64,000 nt of DNA from Octopus vulgaris (Eukaryota). The notes beneath the pieces are model-generated. The model did no database searches. It worked only from the letters and a program-made list of their open reading frames with translations, and was not told the DNA's origin. A program made the translations under genes and the position numbers. Positions 13,604 through 26,635 of this stretch are shown here, piece by piece; positions within the stretch are counted from its first letter, which is position 1; the number at the start of each line of letters is the position of its first letter. Location of the stretch: the NCBI GenBank assembly GCA_951406725.2, contig OX597816.1:5828001-5892000 (forward strand), read 5' to 3'.

Positions 13604-15379
13604 ATATGTGTGTCAAATGGAAGTGCAGACATACAGACAGACAATGCGGTAAATGTTCGTGTATGGTGTATGTGCATATGATTATGGTGTTTCTGTGCAT
13701 CCGTATATTCCTAAGCCAAGATTATATATTCATACTAGATTTTTAGGCAGCCACCCTTGTTTGACTGTTTGCAATTTATGAAAGGAATCATGGGTCATAT
13801 TTTTTCTTTGACGCAGCTCAAGATTGCTTCTCTATCGAAAAACTTGCAACTATTCAAGATTCCATGTACGCACGTGCTCGTGTGTGTGTGTTTGTGTGCG
13901 TGTGTGTGTCTGTATCTGTATCTGTGTGGTGTACGCTATCACGTTATGCATACGCACTGGCAATAACTGCTGCGCATAGGTTTGTAAGTAAATGCCTAAA
14001 TGAAAATCAGGAAAAAGCTAAGCTTTTCAGAAAAAGAAGTCAACCAGCAAACACACACATATTACAAATATAATCTTTAAGTGGAGCAGTAAAAGTATGC
14101 AAACTTTTCTCAAGTTCTTGTTATCTACATTCCAGCGATGGAGTATTGTATATTGTTAGAGAGTCCTTCCTCACAGCGAGATTCCAAATAATTAAGAATA
14201 GAAGAGAATATAATTATACATGCATATGCAATCACTGGTCCATCTTGTAGAAAGAGAAATTCATTTGGTAAAATTAGTTTTGGATAAATTTTTATATACT
14301 TTCAAAACCTCAGCTTAGCTAGATTGTACCATTGCAGCTATGAAGCTCTATGTGAGAAACAAATGAACACACCAGAGTTCCGATGCATTCCAACCCATTG
14401 CTTTACCAAGGGATACAACGTCCAAAGACGAAATGTTGTGATCTGAGGGAGATTTAACTGGCATTTGGACCTCGTAAATTTTCTATCATTGAGTCGAAAT
14501 TGGGCTGTTTTATTCAGCAGGTCGCGAAAACGGAATTTGTTAGCTTTCGCTGGTATTGGTAAAGTGTACAGAACATTCGGTTATGGCACTGCGATTGATT
14601 GAAAGATGCACCGAATCAATTCCTCGTGTTATCTACAAATAACTGATAAAGATTATCAAGAACAGCTTCAGTTCTTATGATTTTTCTCTGCTCAGTCAAG
14701 AATATCAGATCTTCAGAGTCAAGAGGAGTGAATCAATACGGTTTTGCATAAGACTGAATGACTCTGGTACTGCATTCGCCTCAAAGTGAAGGCAGAACAA
14801 CGTTTTCTTTGCATTGGGCATTTTTTGTTGTTGGTGAATATCTGCTCTACGAAATTACTGTATGTGACATCTTTTCTGCGATAAAAATTAATATATTATT
14901 TTCTAAAGCATATAAACTTTTCCTTTATTAAGTTGTAACATTCAAATACAAAGAAATGGGGAAAGAAAAACAGAAAAGAGGGAAAAGGCAGAAAAACAGC
15001 AGAAGATGGAGGAGGAGGAGGAGGAGGAGGAGGAGGGAGCAATGGGCCACACACCCCAGAACAAATGATGAACCCACCCATGCTTCGCAGTAATAACTTC
15101 GATGGCGTTGGCGAGGAAATGACCAGCAACACTCGACACAACAACTTACGAATTATTAATAATGAACCGAGTTCATTAAAGTATTTCCTTGGTGTTCGAA
15201 ACGCCTCATTCAATCAAACATGCTTCTCGTTTCTGGTTTTATGTACTCTCAATTATTACATTTAACTCAAATCGATAAGAGACAAATATACATAAACATT
15301 CAGTCTAGTCCAGCAGTGGTCTGCCCCTGACCAGGTCATGTACATGTGAACCTTCTTCAGAATTCTCTATACTACCTAT

Positions 15380-15800
15380 AGGCGCAGGAGTGGCTGTGTG
15401 GTAAGTAGCTTGCTAACCAACCACATGGTTCCGGGTTCAGTCCCACTGCGTGGCATACTGGGCAAGTGTCTTCTGCTATAGCCCCGGGCCGACTAATGCC
15501 TTGTGGGTGGATTTGGTAGACGGAAACTGAAAGAAGCCTGTCGTATATATGTATATATATATATATGTGTGTGTGTATGTGTTTGTGTGTCTGTGTTTGT
15601 CTCCCTAGCATTGATTGACAACCGATGCTGGTGTGTTTACGTCCCCGTAACTTAGCTGTTCGGCAAAACAGACCGATAGAATAAGTACTGGGCTTACAAA
15701 GAATAAGTCCCAGGGTCGATTTGCTCGACTAAAAGCGGTGCTCCAGCATGGCCGCAGTCAAATGACTGAAACAAGTAAAAGAGTAAAAGAGTAAAAGAGT
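15380..15800 (+). mobile_element. Full-length SINE family A (tRNA head, internal microsatellite, (AAAAGAGT)n tail)
   Basis: A box TGGCTGTGTGGT, B box GGTTCAGTCCC, tail AAAAGAGTAAAAGAGTAAAAGAGT. Confidence 0.85.
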
Positions 15801-15939
15801 ACCTGGGAAGTGGCAAATTATTATCCAGTAGTGTGGTATCATATCATATGCTTTACGATAGCCAACCTATGCCATGCTCAGGTTTGTAAGTCTTCTCTTG
15901 CAGTTCCTGGTAAGTAGATTACCAATTAGGAGCTGATCC

Positions 15940-16865
15940 TTCGTTCCCCGACTCCTCTTTCGGCATCTTTTCTGTTCAGTATGTAGCATCTAACTTTTTT
16001 CCAGGTATCTATACAGTTCGCCGGTCAACACACCTGCATTAGCAGAAAACATGTTACTGGTCTAAAGCTGCAGGCGACATTTCCCTTTTCTCTTTGTGTC
16101 TTTCTCTTTGTCATCCATCTGGGTACTACGCCTTTCTGCAAGCACTTATCTAGCTATTGCACTATCCTTTCTTGGAGAGCTTTCAGCTTCTTCATCCAAC
16201 AATCTTGAACCCCATCCGGTCCAGGGCCCTTCCAATTTGAGAATTTTTTATATTGCTTTTTTAAAATCAATTTCTGTGGTTATCTTTGTCTTCTTGGCCT
16301 TCTATATTTCTGAACCTATCTGGGATGAACCCTTCATGCAGCCACTCAGCTTCATCATTATGTTGATCGCTCTCCCGAATGTCCTTCTTCCCTCTACATC
16401 TGGTACCATTGCTACGTGCATTTGCCCATCTTGTCCCTTAAACAGTATCTCCTGATTGGCTTCAAACAATCTGTTTTTCCTGAACTGTCTTCTTCTATTG
16501 TCATATCTTTCCAGTTTCGCATTGATTGCTCCTACTCTTTGTCTCAATTCTTCCAGTATCACATCATACCCTTTATCTCTTATTCTCTATGTTCTTTCCA
16601 GAATTATTCTTATTCTTTCGTTCTGCAATTCCTCTCTTCTCAATCTATCAACTTGTCCTAAATGTCTTTTTAACTTTGTTTGTTTCTCACAAATTCGTCT
16701 ACGCCAGAATGGTTCTTTACGTTCTGTTTGTCCTCTTCTTTTGTAACCAGCTCTATCTTCAGCAACCATAGCTACAGCCCTAATAAATCTTGTTAGTTCC
16801 AGTTATATTTCTCATCTGGAATGGCCCAGGGACCGAATCTATCTTTTCGGTTTCACCTTTGAGCT
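15940..16865 (-). pseudogene. Decayed non-LTR retrotransposon ORF fragment (R4/Dong-like, region leading into RT)
   Basis: Minus-strand peptides KEPFWRRRI..., LEELRQRVGAINAKLERYDNRRRQFRKNRLFEANQ, NWKGPGPDGVQ; frameshifts/stops. Confidence 0.7.
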
Positions 16866-16887
16866 TGTATTATAATTATTATTATTA

Positions 16888-17916
16888 TTGAGTGAGCGAG
16901 CAGAGCATGCCATCAAAGTGACACTGGGGTAAAATATACGAAGCCCAGCATACCCATCATGACTACCCGTCTGATAAGGGTACACCAGGCACATGCATCA
17001 CAACCATATGTGCGCGACATGGTGATCTCATATCAAGATAAACAGCACATGACCTTGTAGGTTGAGCCCAGGTAGAATTTTCTTCTGGTCGAGTAACCCA
17101 TCCCTGAATAAGGGTTGTTTAAGGATATTGAACGAAACTCCCATGTTTCCAGAGGTGAAATATTCAAACCCCAAAGAATCCCCCTCAACACATGGCTATG
17201 ATGCTCCGCCACTACTTCTGCTCATGATCAGAGATGCACATATTGTCAGCTACTAAGGGACATGATCAACTGGTTTAAGGTCAAACAACTGACAAGCAAA
17301 TCTGTGGTATTGAGCAGAATATTTGCTGTAGGCCATCTTTTATACCAAGACAAAATAATATACATGATAACACTTCTATTATTATTATTATTCATTATTA
17401 TTATTATTATTATTGAGTGAGAGAGCAGTTCATACCATCAAAGTGACACCGGGGTAAAATATACGAAGCCCAATATACCCATCATGACTACCCGTCTGAT
17501 AAGGGTACACCAGGCACATGCATCACAACCATATGTGCGCGACATGGTGATCTCATATCAAGATAAACAGCACATGACCTTGCAGGTGGGGCCCAGTTAG
17601 AATTTTCTTCAGGTTGAGTAGCCCATCCCGCTCAAACGGTCCCTGAATAAGGGTTGTTTAAGGATGTTGAAAGAACCACCCATGTTTCCAGAGGTGAACT
17701 ATTCAAACCCCAAAGAATCCCTCTCAACACATGGCTGTGATGCTCCCCCACTACTTCTGCTCGTGATCAGAGATGCACATATCGTCAGCCACTAAGGGAC
17801 ATGATCAACTGGTTTAAGGTCAAACAACTGACAAGCAAATCTGTGGTATTGAGCAGAATATTTGCTGTAGGCCATCTTTTATACCAAGACAAAATAATGT
17901 ACATGATAACACTTCT
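16888..17916. mobile_element. Tandem pair of a ~500-bp element, each bounded by (ATT)n
   Basis: TGAGTGAG.GAGCAG...CCATCAAAGTGACAC...ACATGATAACACTTC at ~16888-17375 and ~17414-17915. Confidence 0.8.
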
Positions 17917-17951
17917 ATTATTATTATTATTCATTATTATTATTATTATTG

Positions 17952-18015
<64 letters not shown>

Positions 18016-19224
18016 CGTGATTATTATTTATTATCATCATCATTATCATTATCGTCGTCATTATTATTTGGACAGACTCATAACCAAATCTTAATTAGTC
18101 TGATTAGGCTGACTGAGAAACTAGAACGTGTAGTGAAACTGCAGAACCGCTCAGAGAGATTGAAATCAGCAATCACGTGATTAGTTTCGCATTTCTCATG
18201 ACTCAACAGAATTAGTTTAGTTGTTCGTTCGAAACTGGAGAATAATATTTCCAAGGAATTACAAATCAATGATTGCAAACGAAACAACTCATCTGTACAA
18301 ACGGTTCTAGGTCAATGACACGACATTCATTACTGGAACACCAATATAACGAATGTTCTACATAAATTGTGTTCGTTCTGTTTTTTTTAAATTTTTTCTT
18401 TTCTGGTTACACAATCTGTAATACTTCTACTCACGTAGGTGGTTGAATCTTATCATGAAAATCAAGTTTTCCGAGAAATACCTGCACATACTTGTTTAAT
18501 CTCAGATTATCAATTAGATTTGCTTTTGAAGCGTCTAAACTCAAATTCTGCCAATTAGCAAAATTTCTTTGAAGTTTTATAAATTGGGGGAAACGAAATG
18601 AACTAAATTTAAAATTACGGTTCCTTATCTTTCTAGAGGAGGCATTCTACTGGAAAGTTTGTGAGGATATAATTTCAATTAGCAAACTCTCATTAGAAGA
18701 ATGGTTGAAGAAACCCGATGCATATCACAAGATTACATGCCGGAATTAGCAAATAAACCCATATAGATTAAGGGCTTTCTTTCTTCTTTTTTTTTAACCA
18801 AAACAAATTTTAATGAAAAACGCTGCTGTTGATTGATTTGACAGATGTATCTTTTCGTTAGCGATATTGTTTTGCAACGCTAATTCAAACAGATTCTTAA
18901 TTTTGAAAAATGTGACATCGTGCTTAGATAATGCGAAATGTTTACAGAACTGCTTCTCATTTTCAGGAGAAAATGCTGAAAATGTTTCAAATGTTTCTTC
19001 ATTTACTGGATAATTGCACAACTGTTTATATTGATTTAAATCTTGACTTCGAACGCCCGCGCAAATACCTCAAATTTCAACTTCCCTTCTTTTCTCCATC
19101 CTCTTTCGATTCTTCATCCGTTTAATGAATCCCCTCCCCCGTGCACCTCGCCTCCACCGATAACTGCCTTACAAATAAATACTTCTATAATTTCCATTCA
19201 TTCTTTTTATTTTACTATGAAATT

Positions 19225-19980
19225 AATATTGATTTCAAATTTTGACACAACGCCAGCAAGTTGTTCGGAGGACGGGGTAAGTCGATTTCTTCGGCCCCAA
19301 TGTTCAACTGGTACTTATTTTATCGCCCAAAAAGATGAAGCACAAAGTGGATCTCAGTAGAATTTGCACTAATGCCGCTAAGCATTTTACCCGGTGTGTA
19401 TTAACGATTCTGTCTTAATCAAAGGGAATATTCTTTTCTAATATAAGCACAAAGCCTGAAACTTGAGCCGGGATAGGAGAGCCCAGTACTCAACAGGTAC
19501 TTATTTTATGGATCCTGTCAGAATGAAAGGCAAACCCGACCTCGGCGGATTTTGAATTCAGAATGTAAACCGAACAAAATGTCGCTAAGCATTTCGTCCG
19601 GTGTGGTAACAATTCTGCCAGACCACAGCTTTTGATTATGAAATTGATAGTGGTTTCAAATTTTGGTAAAAGACCTAAAATTTGGGGTGAAGGAGTAAGT
19701 GCTTGACTGGTTCATACTTTATCGATCTCGACAGGATGGAAGGCACATTCAGCCTTGCATTGGAAGCGTAAAGACGGACGAAAAACTGTTCAGCATTTTG
19801 TCCGGCGTGCAGACAATTACACTGACCCCAATGCTCAACTGGTACTTATTTTATTGACCCCTTAAGAATGAAAAGCAAAGTCAACGTTGGCGGAAATTGA
19901 ACTCAGGATGTGAAGACGGACAAAATGCCGGAAAGCTTTCCGCCCAGCCTGCTACCGATTCTGCCAGCTCACTGCCTTAA
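19225..19980 (-). mobile_element. Cluster of 3-4 old family B SINE copies
   Basis: Repeated CAACTGGTACTTATTTTAT.G...ATGAAAGGCAAA..CGACC.CGGCGGA motifs. Confidence 0.7.
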
Positions 19981-20312
19981 ATGTGAGATTAATATCAATA
20001 ATTTATTCATCACAGTATACCATATAATTTCTTCAAAATAATTGACATTAATTTACCCATACGTTGTTGATGGATACTGCCGGTTTATAGAGAATATGTA
20101 GTCTTTCCTGGAAGCAGGAGGAAGGATTGTCAATTGCAAGCTTCAAGCGAGTTCCCCTTTATTCGGTACAATGTGCCTCATAAGATAGATTCGTCTGACG
20201 AAGCTATGAAGCTTTAAGTTGCACGGAGCCGAATCAAACTGTTACTAAATAATACACGTAGCTCCTATCACATGTACCCACTTCCCTTCGTTTGTCTATT
20301 TACTCCTCTCGT

Positions 20313-20847
<535 letters not shown>

Positions 20848-21992
20848 GATGAACCCTGATGTTACTGTCACACAAAAGACGGCTGTAAATAACTGTTTAA
20901 TACAATTATAGATGGGGAAAATTTCCGATCTTCTGTACACTTTCACCACAACTTTGTCTCACTCTTAATTCCTGTTTCTGTTATGCCTGTAATTCAAAGG
21001 GTCACCCTTGTCACACTCTGTGTGACGCTGAATCTCCCCCCGAGAACTACGTTAAGGGTACACGTGTCTGTGAAATACTCAGCCACTTGCACGTTAATTC
21101 CACGAGCAGGCTGTTCCGTTGATCGGATCAACTGGAACCCTCGTCGTTGTAAGCTACGGAGTGCCAACAACAATAAACTCTGAATTCGATAAAATTCACA
21201 TTATTGTATTCAAATCCCTGGAGTACGTTCCACGTGAGAAATAATTCCATTATAACATCTGTAAAGACGGACTGATAGTAATACCACAATCTTAATTTGC
21301 ATATTCCAGAATGTAGAAAAGATGTCGAACTCTAAAATTTATTAAGTTACAAGGAAAATTAATATCGTAAGTTACAAGGAAAATTAATATCGTAAGTTAG
21401 TATTTCATATAAGTTAACTTTCCATGCAACTAACGGAAGATTTAACAAATTTTTAGCGAACTTAATGAACAAACTACACACCTAAAGTAACGTTAATGGT
21501 TTGCTTAAAGCATAAAAATAAAAAAAAAACAATCTCGATATATGCCACACAAAGAAAATAGTTTCGAAAATAACCAAAAAAATCAATTTAAAATTGCACC
21601 TGAAATATTTTGTTAAACATAGATTACTCAGCGTTTTATATCTAATTTACCACAAGAAACAGAAAAACGGTGCAAATTAAGTCTCATTAGATGTTATCAA
21701 TATTTATTTAATATAGACAAGAACGTACTGAATACTTCGCAGAAATAATTTCTATCTAAATATCTTGTGTTAGGTATTTTTTTAAAAAAACCGTAACAGA
21801 AGATATTCAGTTTTGTGGAGAGTCGGGTTGTGGGGGATGACATCGCTAGGAAATTTCAGGATGGTAAAATTTCCTGTTAAATGTAGTATCACAATTAATG
21901 TTGTGAAATATTTTATACAATTTTTCAAGTAGTAAATATCTGTGGTAGAGTGCTGTATACAGCAAACCAAATTCGGAAAACAAAAAGCTGAA

Positions 21993-22345
21993 ATGTAACA
22001 CACTCACCGGTAAAATTTCCACTTTTTTCGTTTTTTTATTTTTATTTTCCTAAAATTTTCGTTGCGTCTTGCAACCTTTACAATAGTTTTGACTATAATG
22101 GACAGAGTCAAAACTATTGAAAAGGTTGCAAGACGCAACGAAAATTTTAGGAAAATAAAAATAAGAAAACAGTGGAAATTTTACTCGTGAGTGTTTTATA
22201 TTATAAGGCACAAAAAGAAAATGACTCTCCCCAGACACAACAGAACATGTTTCAACACACGAACTCATGTAAAGAATCTTGCAAACCAAATCCAAAAACG
22301 AAATAAAAACTGAAATATTCGATAAAATATGATCGTGGTCTTTCA
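21993..22345. repeat. Dispersed repeat with internal inverted arms; second copy ~44053-44322
   Basis: CACCGGTAAAATTTCCAC / GTGGAAATTTTAC arms; shared AAGGCACAAAAAGAAAATGACTCTCCCCAGAC. Confidence 0.75.
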
Positions 22346-22849
22346 TTGTGTACTATAGATTACTCACAGAATTACCTTTTGTAATCAAACTAAACAAGGA
22401 TAAGAAAGCATGAACGCAGAAAAATATATAAATCAACGGACACTGAGAAACGTCTGATTTACCAAATTTCACCCAAATTAAGTAGAAATATATCGGATAT
22501 TTTTGCAAAGAGACCATGGCATTTAGGGTGTTTTGTAGACTGATTAAACTAAACTAAATTAAAACTAATTAAAGACTCCCGATAATTTCTATGCAAATGA
22601 AGTTAGAAAGATCAAATGAATGACTAGGTTTATTCGAGTCAACTCTTGATACGAACACTCTGGCTTTGTGATACAAACATCCCGTTTAAATCGATCTAAA
22701 TAAGAAGCGTCCATCAAACTCTTGTGTTATTTTACGTTCCGTACACCAGCATAATACCCATTGTGACCACGGTCGAACATTCCAGACAAAATCTCTCCAC
22801 AATTCCCGATTTTCCATTGCTCCTTACTGAGCTTTGTATCATCTGAGAG

Positions 22850-23010
22850 TTAATCGATGAACGTTTGAGCAGATCTTCTTTTATTGCGTCTCCCGTGATT
22901 TGGTTGCCACCATAGCAGCTCCTACTTGCTTCTCTTGCTTGTGTATAACTTCCTGCAAATCGTAACCGTCTTTGAACAACTGTAGTTAGCTTGAGCAAGT
23001 TTCTGTATAA
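22850..23010 (-). pseudogene. Small RTE-like LINE ORF C-terminal relic
   Basis: QRRLRFAG resembles the RTE RRLR(W/F)AGH motif; heavily decayed. Confidence 0.4.
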
Positions 23011-23463
23011 ACTACCATTTGTTGTACTAGCAACTCTACCCATCTACAATGGAGGCATAAAGTGAGGGATGGAAGTCATAACAGTAGTATGTATTGAGAA
23101 ATGTGCAAATGGACTTGGATAGATTACTGGTTGATGTCTTAGCGAAATCACATTATTGTTGGTGATACAGCATTCTATTGTAACTATATGACATGTGTTT
23201 GCGACTAAGGGACATGTGATGACGATTCACTCCCCAACTGAAATAGGCTCTCAGCCTCTGTATCATGAATAGTTATGTGGATTACTACTAACAAAAGCCT
23301 TCGACCACTACATAAAAAGTATTAAGAAAAAATGTTATTTTGATATACTTTTATTTTAGTTGTTTACACTATTTTACGCTTGTTTATATTCTTATACATT
23401 CGAAGTTCACAAATTTCCTTATTTAAATTATGAATCATATTCCTTCCGATAATACCAATATGA

Positions 23464-23650
23464 TTACAAAACTTCTTTGTAGACAATATTTTCTGTTTGG
23501 TCAACACTAATTTTCAAATCACTGGAGTGCGTTGCTCCACTCATAGCGACGTATATTTGGCCGTGAGTAAACATTGGAGTGGATAAAAATACGCCTATAT
23601 GATCTAAAGTCTGGCCCTGAGCCTTGTTTGCTGTGAATGCGCGAACAGAA
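23464..23650 (-). pseudogene. Helitron RepHel Pif1-family helicase C-terminal fragment
   Basis: Manual translation AFTANKAQGQTLDHIGVFLSTPMFTHGQIYVAMSGAT...DLKISVDQTENIVYKEVL* (SF1 motifs V, VI and Helitron-type end). Confidence 0.85.
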
Positions 23651-23879
23651 TCTTTAGGGTTTCAAAAAATCAAACTATGACTTACCTCTCACTGTTCTAT
23701 GCGAATAATGCCTGGATGTTCTGGTACCATGGGTTACTTTGATTGACAAAACTGAGATGTAAACAACAGCCGCTTCGATTAGCCGTTTCGAATCCTGTTC
23801 GAGGCTGATACCTTTCAATAACCACTACATAATCACACACACACTATATACTGACACACACGTTTTACATTTTATTTTC

Positions 23880-24485
23880 GCAATTAACCGTACTCGCGCC
23901 CCACTTCGTATCTACGATGGGGCCACAAACTATAAGATGAAAATCCAAAGTTATTCGTGGTCGGTGAATTTTTAATAAAAATGCGAAGGTGGTTTATCAA
24001 TTCAAAATCGATATCCACAAAATAATCAGACTTTCTGATTTTTTAATATTAAAACCTTCCTGACGACCGTTTTTGTAATCTCGAAAAATATCGTAATCAC
24101 AGGTTCAGCTGTCTGGTTGTGAAGAGGAAACAGACAAAGAAACGGACAGACGGACATAGCACCCATTATAGTAAGATATCTACGATAGGAAATAAAGGGA
24201 TACTATGGAAAATCTGAACCCTCTAAATTCACGAACTATACGGCGCGGTGGAGGGGAATCCAGAGTTAGACCTCGTCGCCGGAATTTTAACAGAAAAAAA
24301 ATCAAAGGTCATTTGTTAGTACGAAACTCTATATCCAATAAATGATCATACTTTTCACATTTGTTCGCTAAAAACCTTTCTGATTACCTCCGTAATCCCG
24401 AAAAACATCGTAACCATTTTTGCAGCCGGTTGACCGTGAAGAGGGAACAGGAGGACAGACGGACATAACGTCCATTATAGGTAGA
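23880..24485 (-). mobile_element. Two Helitron-like 5' terminal segments
   Basis: Two related ~300-bp units ending GACAGACGGACATA.C..CCATTATAG; minus strand starts ATCTTACTATAAT; upstream of the helicase fragment. Confidence 0.5.
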
Positions 24486-25061
24486 CGTTGAGGCCAGTTT
24501 ATGTTCTGCTCAACTCTAAGCATTTTGATCTAAGCACCATGTAGTTTCTTCTTAAGTGCTTGTGTCAGGGTCCATCTACCCGATCCATACAAGCTTTAAA
24601 GAAAGATATTTCGAGTTTTATGGGTAGATTTGTCTTCTATATTTGTTTCCATGTTGTTCGTTGCAGCCTAGGCTTTGGTAATTCTAATGTCAATGTCCTC
24701 TTTGATAAACTTATCCAGCTACCCAGCTTAATAAAAACAAAGTGAAATCACTAAAACCTTCATAATTTTCAAAATTAATCGAAACATATGCAGCATATTT
24801 CAAGAAATATGGTAAATAAAGTATTAAAAATGACTAAGTTTAGTAATTTTTTTCACTATTTTCAAAATATAAAAATAGGGTCTTTTAATAGAAATATGGA
24901 AACAAATAGATTAAGAGAAAATTTGGAATTTGTAAAGGGAACAATAAGTCGGAAGAGAAGAAACAATAAAATGTTTTAAAACTATATTTTAATGAGGGTC
25001 AAACCAATATTGTAAGAAAGGTGGATTTTTAAAGGGTGGCCCTTTTTGGAATGTACTCATT

Positions 25062-25720
25062 TACTCTTTTACTTGTTTCAGTCATTTGACAGCGGCCATG
25101 CTGGAGCACCGCCTTTAATTGAGCAAGTCGACCCCAGAACTTATTCGTTGTAAGCCAAGTACTTATTCTATCGGTCTCCTTTGACGAACGACTAAGTTAC
25201 GTAAAAACACAGACACACAAACATATACACGCACATACATATATATAGACATATATACGACAGGCTTCTTTCAGTTCCTGTCTACCAAATCCACTCACAA
25301 GGCTTCCGTTGGCCCGTGGCTATAGCGGAAGACACTTGCCCAAGGTTGCCACGCAGTGGGACTGAACGCGGAGCCATGTGGTTGGTAAGCAAGCTACTAA
25401 CCACACAGCCACTCCTGCGCCTATGTTTACAAATAATACAAGGCTTCCGTTGGCCCGTGGCTATAGCGGAAGACACTTGCCCAAGGTTGCCACGCAGTAG
25501 GACTGAACGCGGAGCCATGTGGTTGGTAAGCAAGCTACTAACCACACAGCCACTCCTGCGCCTATGTTTACGAATAATACAAGGCTTCCGTTGGCCCGTG
25601 GCTATAGCGGAAGACACTTGCCCAAGGTTGCCACGCAGTGGGACTGAACGCGGAGCCATGTGGTTGGTAAGCAAGCTACTAACCACACAGTCACTCCTGC
25701 GCCTATGTTTACAAATAATA
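25062..25720 (-). mobile_element. SINE family A whose head plus flank is triplicated (3 x 141 bp)
   Basis: Units start CAAGGCTTCCGTTGG at 25298, 25439, 25580. Confidence 0.9.
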
Positions 25721-26635
25721 ATAGGTTTCTGTAATTATTTTAAATTTGTAGAACATTTTATGTCAATGAAATTGTGACTTACGTAGTTATCGAAATCTGA
25801 AAGGGGTCGAGTCCTCGACAAACAAGGCACAAATAATGAATTAATGAAGATTGGTACATACCAAATAGTCAACAAGACATCTTCGGATATTAACTTCAGA
25901 GATTTAAGAAATTGAACAAGTAATATATATGTATATATTTTAATTTTAGTTCAGAGTTGAATGAATCCAGACAGAATAATTGTGTGACAGACAGAAACAA
26001 ATCGACAAACTGGTACTGACTAGTAAAAAAAAGTATATATATATAATAATTTTGTTGCTATGCTGCTAGTAACTGTTAATTACATTAAACCATTAAACCA
26101 GTAAACAGGAGTGTTATTTTGTTTTCTTTTTTAAGAACTCAGACAAAATCTTTATAAACATAACTCACATTTTTGACAATTATTGCTGGAACCAAAATGA
26201 TGTCAATATGATTTATCAACGTTTATTTTTTCTTATACATACAACATTATACGTACGTATATATATACGAACTACGAACTACGGTAAGAACTCTTCCCAT
26301 TTTGTATGCAAACACCCTAATGCACACAACATGAACAAAAAGCACAAACAAAATAGATATTGTTTTGAACAGACCATTAGCAGTAGAAATAACAGGAGAT
26401 CATTTTCAAGACCTCAACAGAGATTACCCACAAGAAACTGGACAAAAAACCGATCTAGATCTAGAAGTAAACCCAGATCATTTCTCCAGGTGGTTAAAAA
26501 CAATGCTAACAAGAAATTGAAAAGTAGCATACATAATACCAAAAACAAGACAGAAAACATAACGAAACCAAGTAAAGTACCACAACCAAAACGCAAAATT
26601 CATCAAGCAAACATCAACAGGAATATAAATCATAA

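Noticed and set aside
25282-25777. Repeat-protein ORFs or CRISPR-like array
   Set aside because: Triplicated SINE head with no unique spacers
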